From: Schmidtea nova
Lineage: Eukaryota
Direction: 5' to 3'
DNA length: 64,000 nucleotides
NCBI GenBank assembly: GCA_044892505.1
Contig: CM097883.1
Coordinates: forward strand, 258,478,001 to 258,542,000
Shown here: positions 45,158-59,663 of the stretch, in pieces
Layout of the letters: the number at the start of each line of letters is the position of its first letter
Numbering within the stretch: the stretch's first letter is position 1
The notes under the pieces: model-generated
Database searches by the model: none
Told to the model about the DNA's origin: nothing
What the model saw: the letters and a program-made list of their open reading frames with translations, nothing else
Made by a program: the position numbers and the translations under genes

Positions 45158-47422
45158 NNNNNNNNNNNNNNNNNNNNNNNNNNNNNNNNNNNNNNNNNNN
45201 NNNNNNNNNNNNNNNNNNNNNNNNNNNNNNNNNNNNNNNNNNNNNNNNNNNNNNNNNNNNNNNNNNNNNNNNNNNNNNNNNNNNNNNNNNNNTCCGTCGC
45301 CACACATATTTTATTTTATATAAATTCAAAAGGATGCGGCTATCATTTGACTTTATATTTATAATATAGGATTTCAATAGTTTAGTCTTTATTTATGATA
45401 AATTATTCAAAATAATTCGTAGGCGATAAAAAACAACCGGGCAACATAAACTCAAGAAAACAATCTTAGAAGTGTTGAATTTTAAAAAATCAGACATTAT
45501 TGGGGTAATTATATTAATTTAATTCATGAAACAAAACCTACCCGGAACTGTCGGAAGTACACCTAATATCTGAATTTCCAATCGGATTCATTACAAGCAT
45601 TATAATACCAGAATAACCTTTCATCAATGTATAAACCTGAGTTTGACCGAACTGGAATATTTAAATTATATAGACTAAAAGGTTTAAAACTCAATTACAA
45701 GTTGCATTCGACCCTTGAGTATAGCTAATTTGGAAATAACTTCAGGAATCATTTCAGGTACAAGAGTGGCTCTTTTAAGAAGAATCGGTCTCGATGAATG
45801 TATACTTAAGGCACACCTTAATGAAATAATAGAATATATATTCTAAAAAATTTGCATTATTTTACTAGATAGAATTATAAGATAAAATGTTTTTTATGAA
45901 ATCAATTGGTTATCAAAAATCCACTCTCGTACATTTTGAGTATTTATATCTAAAATAATTGACAACGATTCAATTTTAACAAAGATAATTAAACATCAAA
46001 AGTTTTGGGTTATTATTCTGGTTAAGATAGGTTTACTGACCTGACTCCTCGTGCTCTTCAATGATCGAAATCAATGAACCCAACACAAAACAAATTTTTA
46101 TTCACGATCAACACAAATTACAATCTTTGTTATACACACTTTTGATCAATTTACGCTTTCTTTTGGATTCGGATTTGACGCTTTAGTTAACAGGATACTT
46201 TCTTACTTTGTCTGTTTAATTTCTTCAGGATCTTTCTTTATTTGTTTTCGAAACTTTTTAATATTCTCCTTTTTTTAACTATCAACTCGTCGGCCCCATC
46301 CTCTGTTTTGCGCTGCCTTTTATAGTTCTCGCAAATAGCAATTAGGTTTAATCGATATCTAAAAGTTAACCAATCTCGGGTTTAATTGTTTTGCTAACAA
46401 ATAATTTTAATTACCCTCGAATGGATATTTCCTAATTGCCCCGACTTTGATTTCTCGGGTCTCTTTGCACTCGGGCTTTCCTCTTCGCTCGGATTTCCCC
46501 TTGCTTCGGACTTCCCATTGAGCAATTAATTAATTTTAATTAGTTTGTTTTTATTAAATAACTTTCTCTGGGGACTCCTTACTAAATTTCTATTATTATT
46601 TTTGGGTTCATCTTTTGATTTGGCATTCAACCATACCCATTTCCCCCAATGAATATTAATTTTAAATTTTTGATAAATTTTAATTAATTTTTGCACTTTC
46701 ATTTATTTTGATATTTCTTGTTACTTTTGTGATTTTTATCCTAACCCCAACAAAAGGTTCATACAGGCTTGTTAAAAAATTTTAATCTAATGGTTTTGTG
46801 CTCATAAATATTGAAAGCAGGCAAGCCCAACTTATAGAATACTGATTTTATCCGGCCCCTTGAGACTGAAATAAACAGCTAGGAAACAAGCCACTTGAGG
46901 TATTTTAATCTTTGTTAATTTTTGTTAATAGATCATGCAATAGTTTTATTATGATTAGTCAGAAAATTAAAATGACATGGTTTTTATCAGCTTGCAAAGT
47001 TTATTAAAGGGGATTAGGTGCTTACGCCCTTCCTCTACTCAAAAATATTTTTCACTGGAGGTTGCATTAACAACTTGACACTGTATCACTGGGACAACTG
47101 TCCTATACCAAAGTATATTGTGTAGTAACTATAGGATGATGGTACTATTCAATTCAAAATCATAGTAGCAGCAACTTCTGAACAGACAACACCTCAATTT
47201 TTGTCCAAACTTCTATAACATCCATAAATTCTAAACCAGTCACTAGATCAATGCAAGTTGAGGATATCTGATTTAAAGCATACATCGATTTCCACAATAA
47301 TGTAGAAATCCAATGCTCTTAGGTTATTAATAAATGCCTGTTAATAACAATTAAAATTTATTTGAAAACAATTCTACATTAATTTAAATTAATTGTAAAT
47401 TGTTATAGTTTTGTTTATTTTA

Positions 47423-48825
47423 CAGACCTATCGAGAATTATAAATAATTTATTGAATGTTATAAAAAATTTATCGATAATTATAAAAAATTTATCGAAGG
47501 TTATAAATAATTTATCAATAATTATAAATAAATTATTAAATTTAGCAATAAAGTATTATACTTTTGAAACCATATGGAAACGCAAGAAACCACATCCGCA
47601 CCTTCTAATCTTAACAGAAAGACAAGAAGATCAATTACTATGGAAATGCTTGAAATCATAAAGGATATGGTAAATGAAGGCGATTCCATACAGAAAATTT
47701 CCAGAGTAATGAAAAGATCTGTTTCTGCTACCTATAAATGGGTGGCAATGTTAAAGGACATTGAAACTGGAAACGTGCAACTCAATGGTTTATTTAAAGC
47801 ACCCGGCCCAAAACCTTTGGATTTTACTGAAAAGGTTTTAAAAGTTGGGGAATGCATACAAAACGATCCTACTTTTACTCAGAAAGGGATTGTAGAAGCC
47901 TTGGCGCTAGATCAAGTTAATATTAGCCAATCCACTGTATCTGTTTATCTTAAGAAACTCGAATTAACAAGAAAAAGATTAAAAAGTGTAGCCGATAAAA
48001 CTATTTCATCAGAAGTTATAGCGAAAAGAAAAAATTTTGCATTAAAATATCGTGGTATATCTGACAATAACCTTTTATCTCTAGATGAGACAGGGTTTAA
48101 TCTTCATACATCTAGAATATTTGGTTACTCCCCGAAGAACATTCCTGCCTTTACTCTCGTTCCATCAAATAGGGGAAGAAATCTTAGCTTGCTTGCAAAA
48201 ATTTCCTCAGAAAAAATAATTCATCAAAAGATTTTATCAGGTTCATTTAATACTATGATTCTTTTAGAATTTTTACAAGAATGTTATGATTTAAATATAT
48301 TTAAAAAAGGAAAAAGGTTAATTATGGACAACGTTAAATTTCATAGGTCCGCTGCTGTTCAAAATTGGTTTTCGGACAACAATATAGTACATGACTACCT
48401 TCCTCCGTACAGCCCGCAGCTAAATCATATCGAATAGGTATTTTCTTCTTTAAAAAACAAATATCATGGAATAAGACCTCTCGCTCAAAATTCGAATCAA
48501 ATTATGGGCTATATTGAGAGGGCGATTGATGGTATGAATGGTGAAAATGGTGTATGTTTTGCGAATTACTTTAGAAATATGCGAAGATATCTAGATCTAT
48601 CATTCTCCGAGGGGGATTTTAATAGTATTTAAAATAAAGTATTCGTTGCTTTGTTTAATAAAGTTATTTTAACATTTTAATTTATGTCCCGCCATTGAAT
48701 ATAGCAATTGTTTTTTAGAATTTAATTATTAAAAAATATAATAATATAATTTAATAATTTATTTATAATTATAGATAAATTATTTATAACCTTCAATAAA
48801 TTATTTATAATTCTCGATAGGTCTG
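47423..48825 (+). mobile_element. IS630/Tc1-mariner superfamily transposon with TIRs and TA TSD; one nonsense codon
   Basis: TA|CAGACCTATCGAGAATTATAAATAATTTATTGAA ... TCTCGATAGGTCTG|TA. ORF 47574-48437 with LDETGFN, IMDNVKFH, PYSPQLNHIE*; the frame continues to ~48630. Confidence 0.92.
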
Positions 48826-49152
48826 TAACAGTTGTATCATTCTCATTTACGTGAATTTCAAAAACAATGTGACTTGGCAAAGGTGATTTATTATAGCTGG
48901 AAATGAGAATTATTACCTGCGATTGTTATAAATATTAATTAAAATTTGGGCAGATATACTATGAGACAATGAATATTTCAATGCAACGAAGACAAATTTC
49001 ATGTGAATGATAAAGAGCCTTTAGATCAGGGTTGGCCAACACGCGGCTTATTGCAAGAAAATTTGCGGCTCACGAAACAGTTTATAAATATTTTTAAAAT
49101 ATACTAAAAATCAAAAAAAAATTAATTAAAGCAAGATATATATATGTGTGTG

Positions 49153-50173
49153 TGTTACCGTTAACCCTTTCGCGGACGCATGTCCCAACAGAACGCAGTA
49201 GTATGACGTGTATACACGTCATTGTCCGCGAAAGGGTTAAAGTATATAATGCAGTTATTTCATAGAATACCTAGTTATTCCATGAAATAACGAATCATGT
49301 CCGTTAAAGTGTGTTAAATGTATTCTATAAATTAACTAATGAGACAGTTAAAGAGTAAAATAAATTATTTATCTAAATTGAAATTAAACTAATGAGAGAC
49401 AATTAAAATGAAAATGAAGCAATTTATCTAATTTAAGCAGCGTATAAATGGTATTTATGGGAACGTACCATAAAATCATTTGTTACAACAAGGATTACTA
49501 AAATGACACTTGGAATTACAAAGAACATTATTTATAAAACAAAAACATTTTTTCTTGACACACTGGGTTTTACACGAACATTTTTTAAATCCCTGACCAG
49601 TACATAAACTTTGAGCTGTAGCAACCGACCGGAGCGCTATTTCTGCATCCGGTACTTCTCATATTTTAATTAATTTTTGTTCGCAGACACTGAACTGGGA
49701 TCTGGAATATAATTGTTTTATGCGGCCGTTTCTTGTGCCCAATTGGAAAAATCCTTCTTCAGTTATTTTTATGATGATAGCTAAAATAGATTTGGCATCA
49801 CCTTTTCCTCTGTCAACTTCAGGCACTGGAATACGGACGGTAAGCCCCACAGAGGCTTCAGAATGAGATTTATCCGACATTAATTTCATCTTTTTCGCTT
49901 GAATTTCTAAACATTTTTTAGATTGTTCTCTTTCTCTTTGAAGATTAAGTTCATTAAAACACAATTTGCAGATTTTCTGCTCAACTTTATCTTCTGAAAC
50001 ATAATCCTCAGATTATTTTACAATTTATCGGGCTGCAGATCGTTATTCTATGAAATAACTAGTTAAACCATGAAATACAAGAGAGTTTTACACTTTAACG
50101 GACATGATCCGTTATTTCATGGAATAACTAGGTATTCTATGAAATAACTGCGTTATATACTTTAACGGTAACA
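49153..50173 (-). mobile_element. Internally deleted Ginger/KRBA2-like DNA transposon with long TIRs
   Basis: TGTTACCGTTAA(AGTATATAA..) ... TTAACGGTAACA with ~90-bp inverted arms. ORF 49659-49964 VGLTVRIPVPEVDRGKGD...LGT..G....YSRSQF resembles the C-terminus of this integrase-like family. Confidence 0.6.
49165..49236. mobile_element. 72-bp piggyBac-like MITE
   Basis: TTAA|CCCTTTCGCGGAC ... GTCCGCGAAAGGG|TTAA; the opposite Ginger TIR shows the empty single-TTAA site. Confidence 0.85.
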
Positions 50174-52189
50174 TATATATACAACTGAACATCATTTTCA
50201 GTGTAAATGAAAATGTTATTTTATTTTCAATTCATATAACTTATCCAAAATCAATATCAGTACTTCTTTTTAGTAACCTCAACCTGTAATGATTTTTCAA
50301 ATTTTAACAAATGATATAAATTAAAAATTTATTGTAATGTTATATAATAAAGAAATGAATAAAATTTTATTTAAAAAACTGTTTTGGATTTTTTTGGCTC
50401 GTGAAATTTTAGACGTTTTATTTTTGGCTCATTCGATTTAGGTTGGCCAGGCCTGCTTTTAAAGATGAGTTAATTGAATGTAAATTTGATTGAAGTTACA
50501 ATGTAAAGAGAAAATTTTTATGCCGATATTTACTAATAGCAACTGAATAGTCCAGTTGCAATCATAAAAGAAAAACTTGCAAAAAAACAGGACATGAATT
50601 TACAACGCTATAATTTTTTTACCATCCATCACAGAAAGACAAAATTTCGAGACGTAATCAACGAATGTATTAGAAACAAATTTCTTGTTATATAAAATTA
50701 TTAAGGCCTTTTTAATGAATACGAATGACTCATTCTTTAGTGGTCAAAATACTTTGGAAATTATAAGTTATCAAACGTTTTAAACTCTTTGACTCTGTGG
50801 CCAGAATTGATTCTTTGACTGGGTAGTCCATAACATCAGCAAACACTTCAGAGTTCAAATGTTCCAAAAGTTTTTCAATTGGATATATCTATGACACTAT
50901 GGGAGAATTGATTTTCTTTGGCATAGCCGTGAATCTTTTCTCTGTCATTCAGTTTTGGATGAATTTTGTATAACTGCAGGGGCAANNNNNNNNNNNNNNN
51001 NNNNNNNNNNNNNNNNNNNNNNNNNNNNNNNNNNNNNNNNNNNNNNNNNNNNNNNNNNNNNNNNNNNNNNNNNNNNNNNNNNNNNNNNNNNNNNNNNNNN
51101 NNNNNNNNNNNNNNNNNNNGACTATAGATCAAAATTTATTTTAACAAAATTTTTTTAAACAATACCATATATAAACAATACCATATATAAACAATACCAT
51201 ATATTGCTTCAAAAATGGCTGAAAATGTTTGTTGAGGCATTATTTTACACAACTCTCGGCATTTACAGTACTTTTCTCGGATTTTAAAGAGAATCTCATC
51301 TGACACGTCTTCTATTTTGTCTCTGTGAACTTAGTAGGCAAAATTTTATGATACAGTTAAAATAAAGTAAGATTCATCATCAGGAACGAAATCTGTTTTT
51401 CTATTTTTACAAATAAATTACACTGGTAATTCCAAATGGTCTTTTGGAATAATTTTTGCTTTTGTGAGGTTGATGATACGTTCTTTCTCTTTCTACATAT
51501 AAGAGAATTATTACGAAAAATATCATGCACAGTAGAATTTGATAGATGGCATTTCTGCCCAAGATTTCTAAAGCTTTGATCCATCTTTCCAGTCACTATC
51601 TTCAAAAATCACATCTTAATGCTGATGATGAGTTGGTTGCTTTTTTTCCAATTCCAACCTTTCTGTTCAGGTTTTCATTCTTTTCATATCGTTCAAGAAT
51701 TGCCTAAATACCTGATATTGAATAAGGACACCAGCAAACGTTACCACTGTTTCAGATTTCGTATGATTTCTGTAGAAATTAATTATATTTTGATAGCTTT
51801 CTTAAGAATAATGAGGTAACTAATGTTGATAAAGATAAGCAAACATAACCACTCAACTAAGCTAAACTCATTAATGAATAAATAATTAAATACAAATAAT
51901 AAAAGTCATTTATAAATTTTATTTTTACAATTATAGTCTCTTAAATTCATGCCAGTTTTTACGAATACATCTTATATGACAGCATTGGATTATTTTATGA
52001 ATTTAATAAAAAGATTTCTTGGCTAAAAATATCAGTAAACTTCCAGAACTACGAGGAAATATGTAACTCATCATGGTCACTATTTTGAAAATACCATATG
52101 ATGATGAATGATTAAGTCAATTATGATTGAAATAAAGAAATACTAAACTCGAAGAAGACTGGCAAACATTATATATTATATATATATAT

Positions 52190-52406
52190 TATCATAATTA
52201 TCTTTTTTCACCTTTGATCTTTTTTTATTATTATTATTATTATCAATAATTCTCATAATGATGACTATAGATCAAAAAAATTTTTTATAAACAATAACAC
52301 AATATTTCGGCACAGTCTTTATCAAGTGTGTATTGATAAAGGCTCTGCCGAAATATTGTGTTATTGTTTATAAAAAAATTTTGATCTATAGTCATCATTA
52401 TAAGAA

Positions 52407-52410
<4 letters not shown>
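52190..52410. repeat. Second inverted pair of hammerhead-motif repeat units, next to (TA)n
   Basis: Minus copy 52293-52334 (stem II G>A); plus copy from 52333, lacking its 5' stem-I strand. Confidence 0.8.
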
Positions 52411-52477
<67 letters not shown>

Positions 52478-55071
52478 GTAATGTACAAGGTTGTTTTTAT
52501 ATTTTTATATATATGTTTATGTTGTGAATGGTTAGATATTATGCGAGTGAATGCGTGTATAGAGATATTGAAGTGCCCAAGAGAGTCTTCCAAAATTATG
52601 TGGAGACAGTCGGGATGTATGCTTGTATACTTTTGTGTGTGTGAAATATAATCTTAACAAATAACGAACTTTAAACTAATTATTTTATTGAAAAGATAAC
52701 AATGTAGTTAAAACAGGTACTCACGTAATAGAATGTCTAATTAAAATAAATGAATCGGCGTAGTTCTTTTTTTCTTTCAGTATTCTGTTTGAGGAGTTCT
52801 CACGAAAGGTTTTTCCAAATTTTCTTTTTGTAATAAAGTTTTGTTATATTCTTTCGTTAAGTGATCTGGCCTTAAATAATTCTGACTTTAAATGATTCTT
52901 GCTTTAATTCTTCTGGCTTTAATTGATTCTGGTTTTAAATATCTTGTTAAATAATCTTATCAATTTATCCTTTCGTTAAGTGATCAGGCTTTAAATAATT
53001 CTGACTTTAAATGATTCTTTTAATTTTTGCATAAATCTTCTGACTATTCAAATTAATCGATTTCTTGATTTTGTGATTTGGCTTACTATAGCATTTGCTA
53101 TAGAAAGCCAAATTAAAATTTTAAATAAAAATTACAACCAAAAATCATAATTAAAAATAATAATAAAAATGATGTTGCCCTTAATATTCAAAGATGGGGA
53201 TTCCAAACAATATTTACCCAACACAAATAATAAAAAAACAAACCATTATACTTAACTGTTGAGTTCACCACTATATATATAGACCCAAATATTAAACGAG
53301 TTTTTTACCACAAAAATTCATTATAAATTGAAGTTTGTCTCATAATCAAACCCTTAATTTCTGAATAGATTACTTATGCGAACATTACACTTTTACGATG
53401 ACCACGTGTGTCTGTATATTGATAGACTTTATTGTTTTATTGCATCATTGAATCATTTAAAGAAAAAAACACAAGTGATACAGAATCAGAAAAAAGTGAA
53501 TCGTAAATATATCAAGTGTGATGAATATGATGTTACTAATTAAATATCTGGCAATTAAATGACTAATGAATTTTTAAGTCGTGCATTTGTATATTTTTTA
53601 TCACTTGTAGTTTTTTCTAAAAATTTTAGTGCTTCCTTTTATGAAAGATAACAAGTCGTTGAAAAGTAACAATGGTCTTAAAAATGTTGTTGTTTTCCGA
53701 TTTTTCAATAAAAATTGAGAATCGTCATATAATTGGAGTTGTCTTATTCATACAAATGCGGTATATATAGTATAAAATAAACAATTCAAAGTTGTACAAC
53801 ATTTTAATAAAATAAATGGATCAATAGCTTAAAATAATAAAGACTGTGTCAAAAACTTACAAAAAAAGAAATACTTATTATTTAAAATTTAATATGAATT
53901 GATATGAATTATTTTACTAAAAAAAGTTTTGAAAACACTTAACTTCATGATTTATTTTTTATATTAAAAAATATTAAAAAATAATTTTGTCTTATTTAAT
54001 TTTTGAAAAACATAATAACGGTTGCAAATTATTAAAGAATTATTATAAATTTTTGACTAGACAACAGCCGTACTTCTTTAAATATATTATAAAGGAACGA
54101 TATATTTCATAAATTGACTGAAAACTTAAAAGTGGTAATGTATGTGTGAAATTTATTAGAATTATTGTACAAAAATATTCAAATTGTTTCAGTATAAAAA
54201 TTAAGTTACAACTAGAAAATTCAATTATCATTTGAATGAGTTCGTATAATTATTATAATAATATACAAATACTTAAACATGAATCAGTAATCAAATAAAT
54301 TGAACACTCCAGATAAAAGAAAATTTTCGGCATTACTTTTATTTGATTTTTATGTCAATTCTACGTAAATATAATAATTCAATTAGTAAACTTTATCAAT
54401 ATTACATACTCTATTTATTTTTAGAATAAAGGGTTAAAATTATATTGTAAAAAATATCTTTTTAAAATATAGATGCTTTTAAAAAGCATTTTTAACCTTT
54501 TCAAAATTTTCGACCCTTCCTTTTTGAAATGTTAATTGTTATAACACTTAAAAAGGCAGTGCCGAAAATTTGTGTTGAAATGTAAAAAAAATTATTTTTG
54601 ATCTGTTACCTGAAAAAATAAAATTGTAAAATGATCAATAAATACTAAAAGATGAAACCGTATCATCTCAAGATAGAAGCCAAGATCAAAATATTAACAA
54701 TCAAATAAATCTCAAGATGCGTTTGGGTAGAAAAAAGTTTACGAATACTAAAACAATGAATTTCTATATCAAGTTTCAGCTTATTTATTTATTTGTAACG
54801 AAAAATCAATTATTTTCATTTGATGTGAATTATATTTCTTCTTTTTGTCAGCTAAATTACGAAGTTTTCTTAAATTAACAAATTTATGATATTTAATTTC
54901 ACCTTGCTGTATATAAGGATGTATAGAAATAATTAATATGAAAATTAAAAATAAAAATAAAAGCTATGCAAATATATTCTTGGATTAAAACAAATGCATA
55001 AACAGTAAAATATTATTTAGTTTAAAAACGTCATATATAATTAAATATATAATTGTATTTAAAAAAGTATA

Positions 55072-57439
55072 CAGGTAGTCCTCGACTTACGACCGAGATA
55101 GGGACCCGAGCAACGGTCGTATGTTGAGTTGGTCGTAAGTCGAGTTCATACAAAAAAAAATAAAGAACAAAAAGAACAAAAAAACAAACGGATTATTAGA
55201 AACAAAATACAAATTCATAGTTCAGTCTTTATTTAAAATTATAATAAAAATCCATTCATACATTTATATTAAATAAATTAAATTAAAATTACATGTTTAC
55301 TTGTCCTCGTCATCCGAACTTATCACATTAATACAATCCATTGAGTTATCTTGAACAACTGCACCTTCAGTGGCAGTTTTTAAAAAAACCCGTCTAATGT
55401 TGTTTGCACACTTTGAACTTTCATTTCGCTGTAAATTGCATAATAACATGCCATATTTTCCTCAATAAGCTTATTTACTTTTGTAAATCTTTCCTCATTA
55501 GCATCCATTTCTTCCAATTTTTGCATTCCCTGATGAATTTGGTGAAAAGCTGCAGCCATTTCTTTTGCTGAAAATTTTTTTTGTGGCATTTCTTCCTCGT
55601 CTGATTTGCTTTCATCCGCAACACATTGTGCTTCAAGATTCAATAAATCTTCATTCGTTAGATTATCTACATGGTATTCAATAAGTTGGTTAATATCTGC
55701 ATTGTCAACATCAAGATTAAGTTGCTGACCAAGCTCTACGATCTGAGGGGTAATTTGTTCAATGCCAATTTCGCTTTCAATTGTCGAACTAACATTCTCT
55801 TGAAGTCGCTTTGTTAGATTTTTCCATATTCCACTCATACAAGAAGGTCTGACCTCTTGCCATCCACCTGCTATGTTTTTAATTGCTTGAAGCATATTAT
55901 ATTTCAACCAAAATTCTTTTAGAGTGATCTCATTTTCAAGTGCTTTAATTGCTTGACTAAATGTGATTTTCAAATAGTGAGCCTTAAAAGTGGCAATAGC
56001 TCCCTGATCCATTGGCTGTAAAATACTGGTGGTATTTGGGGGTAAATACATAATTTTTATGTTCGGCGAGAGATCGCCAAGATATGGTGGGTGTCCAGGT
56101 GCATTATCCAGTAATAAGAGGATTTTAAAAGCAATGCCCTGTCGATTACAATATTCTTTTACTTCAGGCGCAAATACCTTCATAAACCAGTCCTCAAAAA
56201 GTAATTGCGTCATCCAAGCATTTTTATTTGAGCAGAAATGTACTGGTAACATATTGATATCCACTCCTTTAAATGCTCTTGGTTTTCTTGATCGATGTAT
56301 TACAAGAGGTTTCAATTTATACCCAGCAATATTTCCGCCCAATAAAATTGTGATGCGATCTTTATGTGTCTTAAAACCTGGCATACGTTTTGCTTCCTTA
56401 TGAATGTACGTACGATCAGGCATTTTCTTCCAATAAAGCGCGGTTTCATCAACATTAAAAATTTGTTCGTTGGTATAATTTTCTTCTTTATGGAAATCAT
56501 CGAATTTAGCTACAAAATTCTCAGCAGCTTTATTATCAGCACTGCCTGCCTCTCCAGAGATTTTTACATTTTGTAAATTCGCTCGTTTCCTAAATTTTTG
56601 AAACCAGCCGTTACTTACAATGAATGTCTGATCATGGCCTTCCCCTCCCTTTAATTTCTACATTTCAAAAAGACTTAGAGCTTTAGTTTTGATAATTGCG
56701 AGGCTAAGAGGAATTTGTTTTTTGATCAAATCCTCTATCCAAATCACCAACAACTTTTCCATTTCATGCATGGCTCCTTGCCTTTTTTTGGTTATAACTG
56801 TAGATTGCATACATGCTGATTCTCGAACTGCTTTTAAAATTCGATCTTTATCTTTTAAAATTGTTGAGATTGTTGAATGGGATAGTTTAAAGGCATGCGC
56901 TATGTCTTTCACCTTTTTACCACTATCATGCCTTTAATTAACTTATGTTTCATTTCTAAATCTATAACACTTCTCTTATTTTTTCTACTTCTATTATTCA
57001 CAGACATTTTTGGGATAAAAAAATTATTCACTTTTAAAAAATTAAAATGGCTAACTCAATTGGGCCTTTTTTAGCCTTTAAATTTTATTTAAATTTTTGA
57101 TATGACAGATAAATTTATGCTGTCGTTTTGTTTTTAAATTATTCGTAGCTAAACAAATTAAAAGTGCTGAATATTTTTAAGGCTTGCTAATTTAATTTTT
57201 TGATTTTAATTTTTTATTAATTTTTTACTAATTCTAAATTTGTTTTTGTTGTTAAACACTAAAATAGTAGATAACTTATAAAATTAATAGTGTTTAATTA
57301 AGGAAAATTAATTGGTTTAATTTTTTAGTTCGGATCGAAACAAAAATCAGGCCCATTGGGAAAAATAATTTTAGGAAATAATTTTGGTCGTAAGTGCGAA
57401 CCGTCGTAAGTCGAGCCGTCGTAAGTCGAGGACTACCTG
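55072..57439 (-). mobile_element. pogo/Tigger-family transposon with TIRs, TA TSD and disrupted transposase
   Basis: TA|CAGGTAGTCCTCGACTTACGAC ... GTCGTAAGTCGAGGACTACCTG|TA. HTH region 56658-56912; FNVDET, LLLDNAPGHP and LQPMDQG in 55380-56460. Confidence 0.93.
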
Positions 57440-58410
57440 TATAGATAAAATATTTTGTTCGAATAATCGAGGATCTACTGTCGCAATAAGATATGAAAAG
57501 AATAACTTACTCAAATAAGGAACTGCTGAGATTGAGATTATCAAAATCATTTTCTGAAAAACTGACAGATTGATTAGAATTTAATTTCAAATTAGTTTGC
57601 CAATAATAAAAGCTCAAATAAAATATTGTATATGTTCCTTTATCAAGAAAGACATCACAAGTAACATAACTAGTAGTTTGTCGATTTGATGATGCAACAA
57701 TATGCCCAACGGGGGATTTGTATTCAGCACAAATTACTATAAGAATATCAATTGGTTTGGTTTTTAGAGACCTAAAAAATATTATTATAATTTTTTTATG
57801 ATAATTATTATTTTTATGGAAATATTATGGATATTTCCCGTAATAAACATCTACTAGATGAATTTATTAAAATTGTTGATGATAATTTTGAAATATATGA
57901 AGAACTTCTAGTTAGTTATTAGAAAGTTAAAATAAAGTTTTTAATGGTAAATCTACGTCAAGTTAAATATAAACGAGAAGTATATGAACCACTTTATAAA
58001 GCATTAGTCGACAATTAACACTGGATCAAGGCCATGCTACAATTTATATTTAGACCTAATTTGACGTATTGATTTATATAGGTAATTGAAAAATAAAAAT
58101 AATTAAGATTTTTTTGATCGACAGTGAACAAAGAAAACCAAAATAAAATTTTTACTGTAAAACAAAAAAAACTAATAGCTGTCGCAATTTATAATTAAAT
58201 TGCCGTAAAATGTTCTACTTGGATAACTTATGTGACGAGTTGTGCAAAAAGAGTTTGAAATGCGTGTTTAAAATAAATGTTATTAAAAAATTTTGAAAAT
58301 TACAGCCTTATATAAGTTAGACAGACAAAGATTCTTCCATTGAAAAAATGTATACTAAAAAGGTATAAAAAAATATAATTAAAACATTAAAAGAAAGTCC
58401 CAAGGAGTAA

Positions 58411-59663
58411 TTAGGTTTTCCGGAATGAAATACCCCAATAATATATAATAATCATCATAACTTTCTTATATTAAACGTATTTCATTTTTTAAAGTTCATT
58501 ATAAAGCGATTATTTCAAATTCAAATATTAAGTAAGATTTATAATAATTTAACTACTATAAATTTCATTTTCAAATAGAAATGTACTAGTTAGAAAATTA
58601 TGATTTGAGACTTCTTTATTTATATGAGTGGAAATCGAAGAACAATTCAGTTGAGGCGGAAAGGAATATTAATAATGCTTTTGGGAGTGATACAGTTAAT
58701 GCAAGAACTATTAGACATGGTTTAAATTATTTGATGACGGAGAAATTGATCTTGGAAATATGCCTCGCGGTAGACCCAATATCAAGCTGTCGAAGGAAGA
58801 TTTACGTGAAGCTGTTGCTCAAAATTCAACAAAATCTGTTCGAAAACTTGCTATAGATTGTCTATCTGTCTTAAAAATAACCGTTCATGACAATTTAAAG
58901 ACAATTGGTACGGTCAAAAAGCTTCAAAATGGGTCAAACATGAATTTACTGAATTGCAGAAATCAAACAGATTACAAACTTGCCTATCTCTTCAAGCACG
59001 ACATCGAAAATCATCTTTTCTTAATATTATTACCTGGGATGAAAAATGGATTCAATACGATAATTGTAAGCGGTCAGGAGAATGGTTGGATAAACATTTA
59101 TGTCCAAATCAGTTTCAAAACCGGAAATTCACCAAAAGAAATTCATGCTCTCAGTCTGGTGGTCTAAGTATGTTGTAATACATTATTCTTTTCTGAAAAT
59201 GGGTACAACAATCAATTATGAACGATACTGTGTAGAATTATAAAATTGTGCATGAAAAATCATCATTAGTCACCCTACAATTGTTAATAGAAAAGGTTCA
59301 ATTATCATGCATGATAACGTCAGGCCTTACGTATCGAAAGTCACTGTAAAAATTAGTTTTACCGCATCCACCTTACTTGCCCGATCTATCCCCACCTGAC
59401 TTCCACTTATTAAGACATTTAACTCTTTATATCAAGGGCAGGAAGTTCAAAGATTTGGAGGATATAAAATCGACAGTTATCACTTTCTTGGACTTCAGAC
59501 ATGAGACTTTTTTAAAGAAAGTAAAGAAAAGCTCCCGCGATGATAGCAAGAGTGTATTAATGTTGATGGATCATATTTTGATTAAATAATAAATGTTTAA
59601 ATATATTTGTACGTCTTTTGAATTATAATTCATTTAGCGGACATTTTATTCCGGATAACTTAA
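58411..59663 (+). mobile_element. Degenerate mariner (DD34D) element
   Basis: Imperfect TIRs TTAGGTTTTCCGGAATGAAA / TTTTATTCCGGATAACTTAA; fragments ITWDEKWIQYDN, MHDNVRP, PDLSPPDFHLLRHL. Confidence 0.8.

Larger units (their letters stand above)
49027..50455. mobile_element. hAT-like non-autonomous element (host of nested insertions)
   Basis: Ends CAGGGTTGGCCAAC... and ...GGTTGGCCAGGCCTG with subterminal GGCTC motifs; 8-bp TSD only partly conserved. Confidence 0.6.

Noticed and set aside
46000-46900. Possible LTR/gag remnant with a decayed zinc knuckle
   Set aside because: No intact motif or paired LTR could be demonstrated.
29065-51158. ORFs containing long X runs (29065, 29079, 38872-39218, 43197-43536, 45042-45377, 50875-51158)
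   Set aside because: Artefacts of reading through N-gaps.
51240-51620. Possible Tc1 fragment (F.D.S.F.LF-like) on the minus strand
   Set aside because: Short and frameshifted, no TIRs found.
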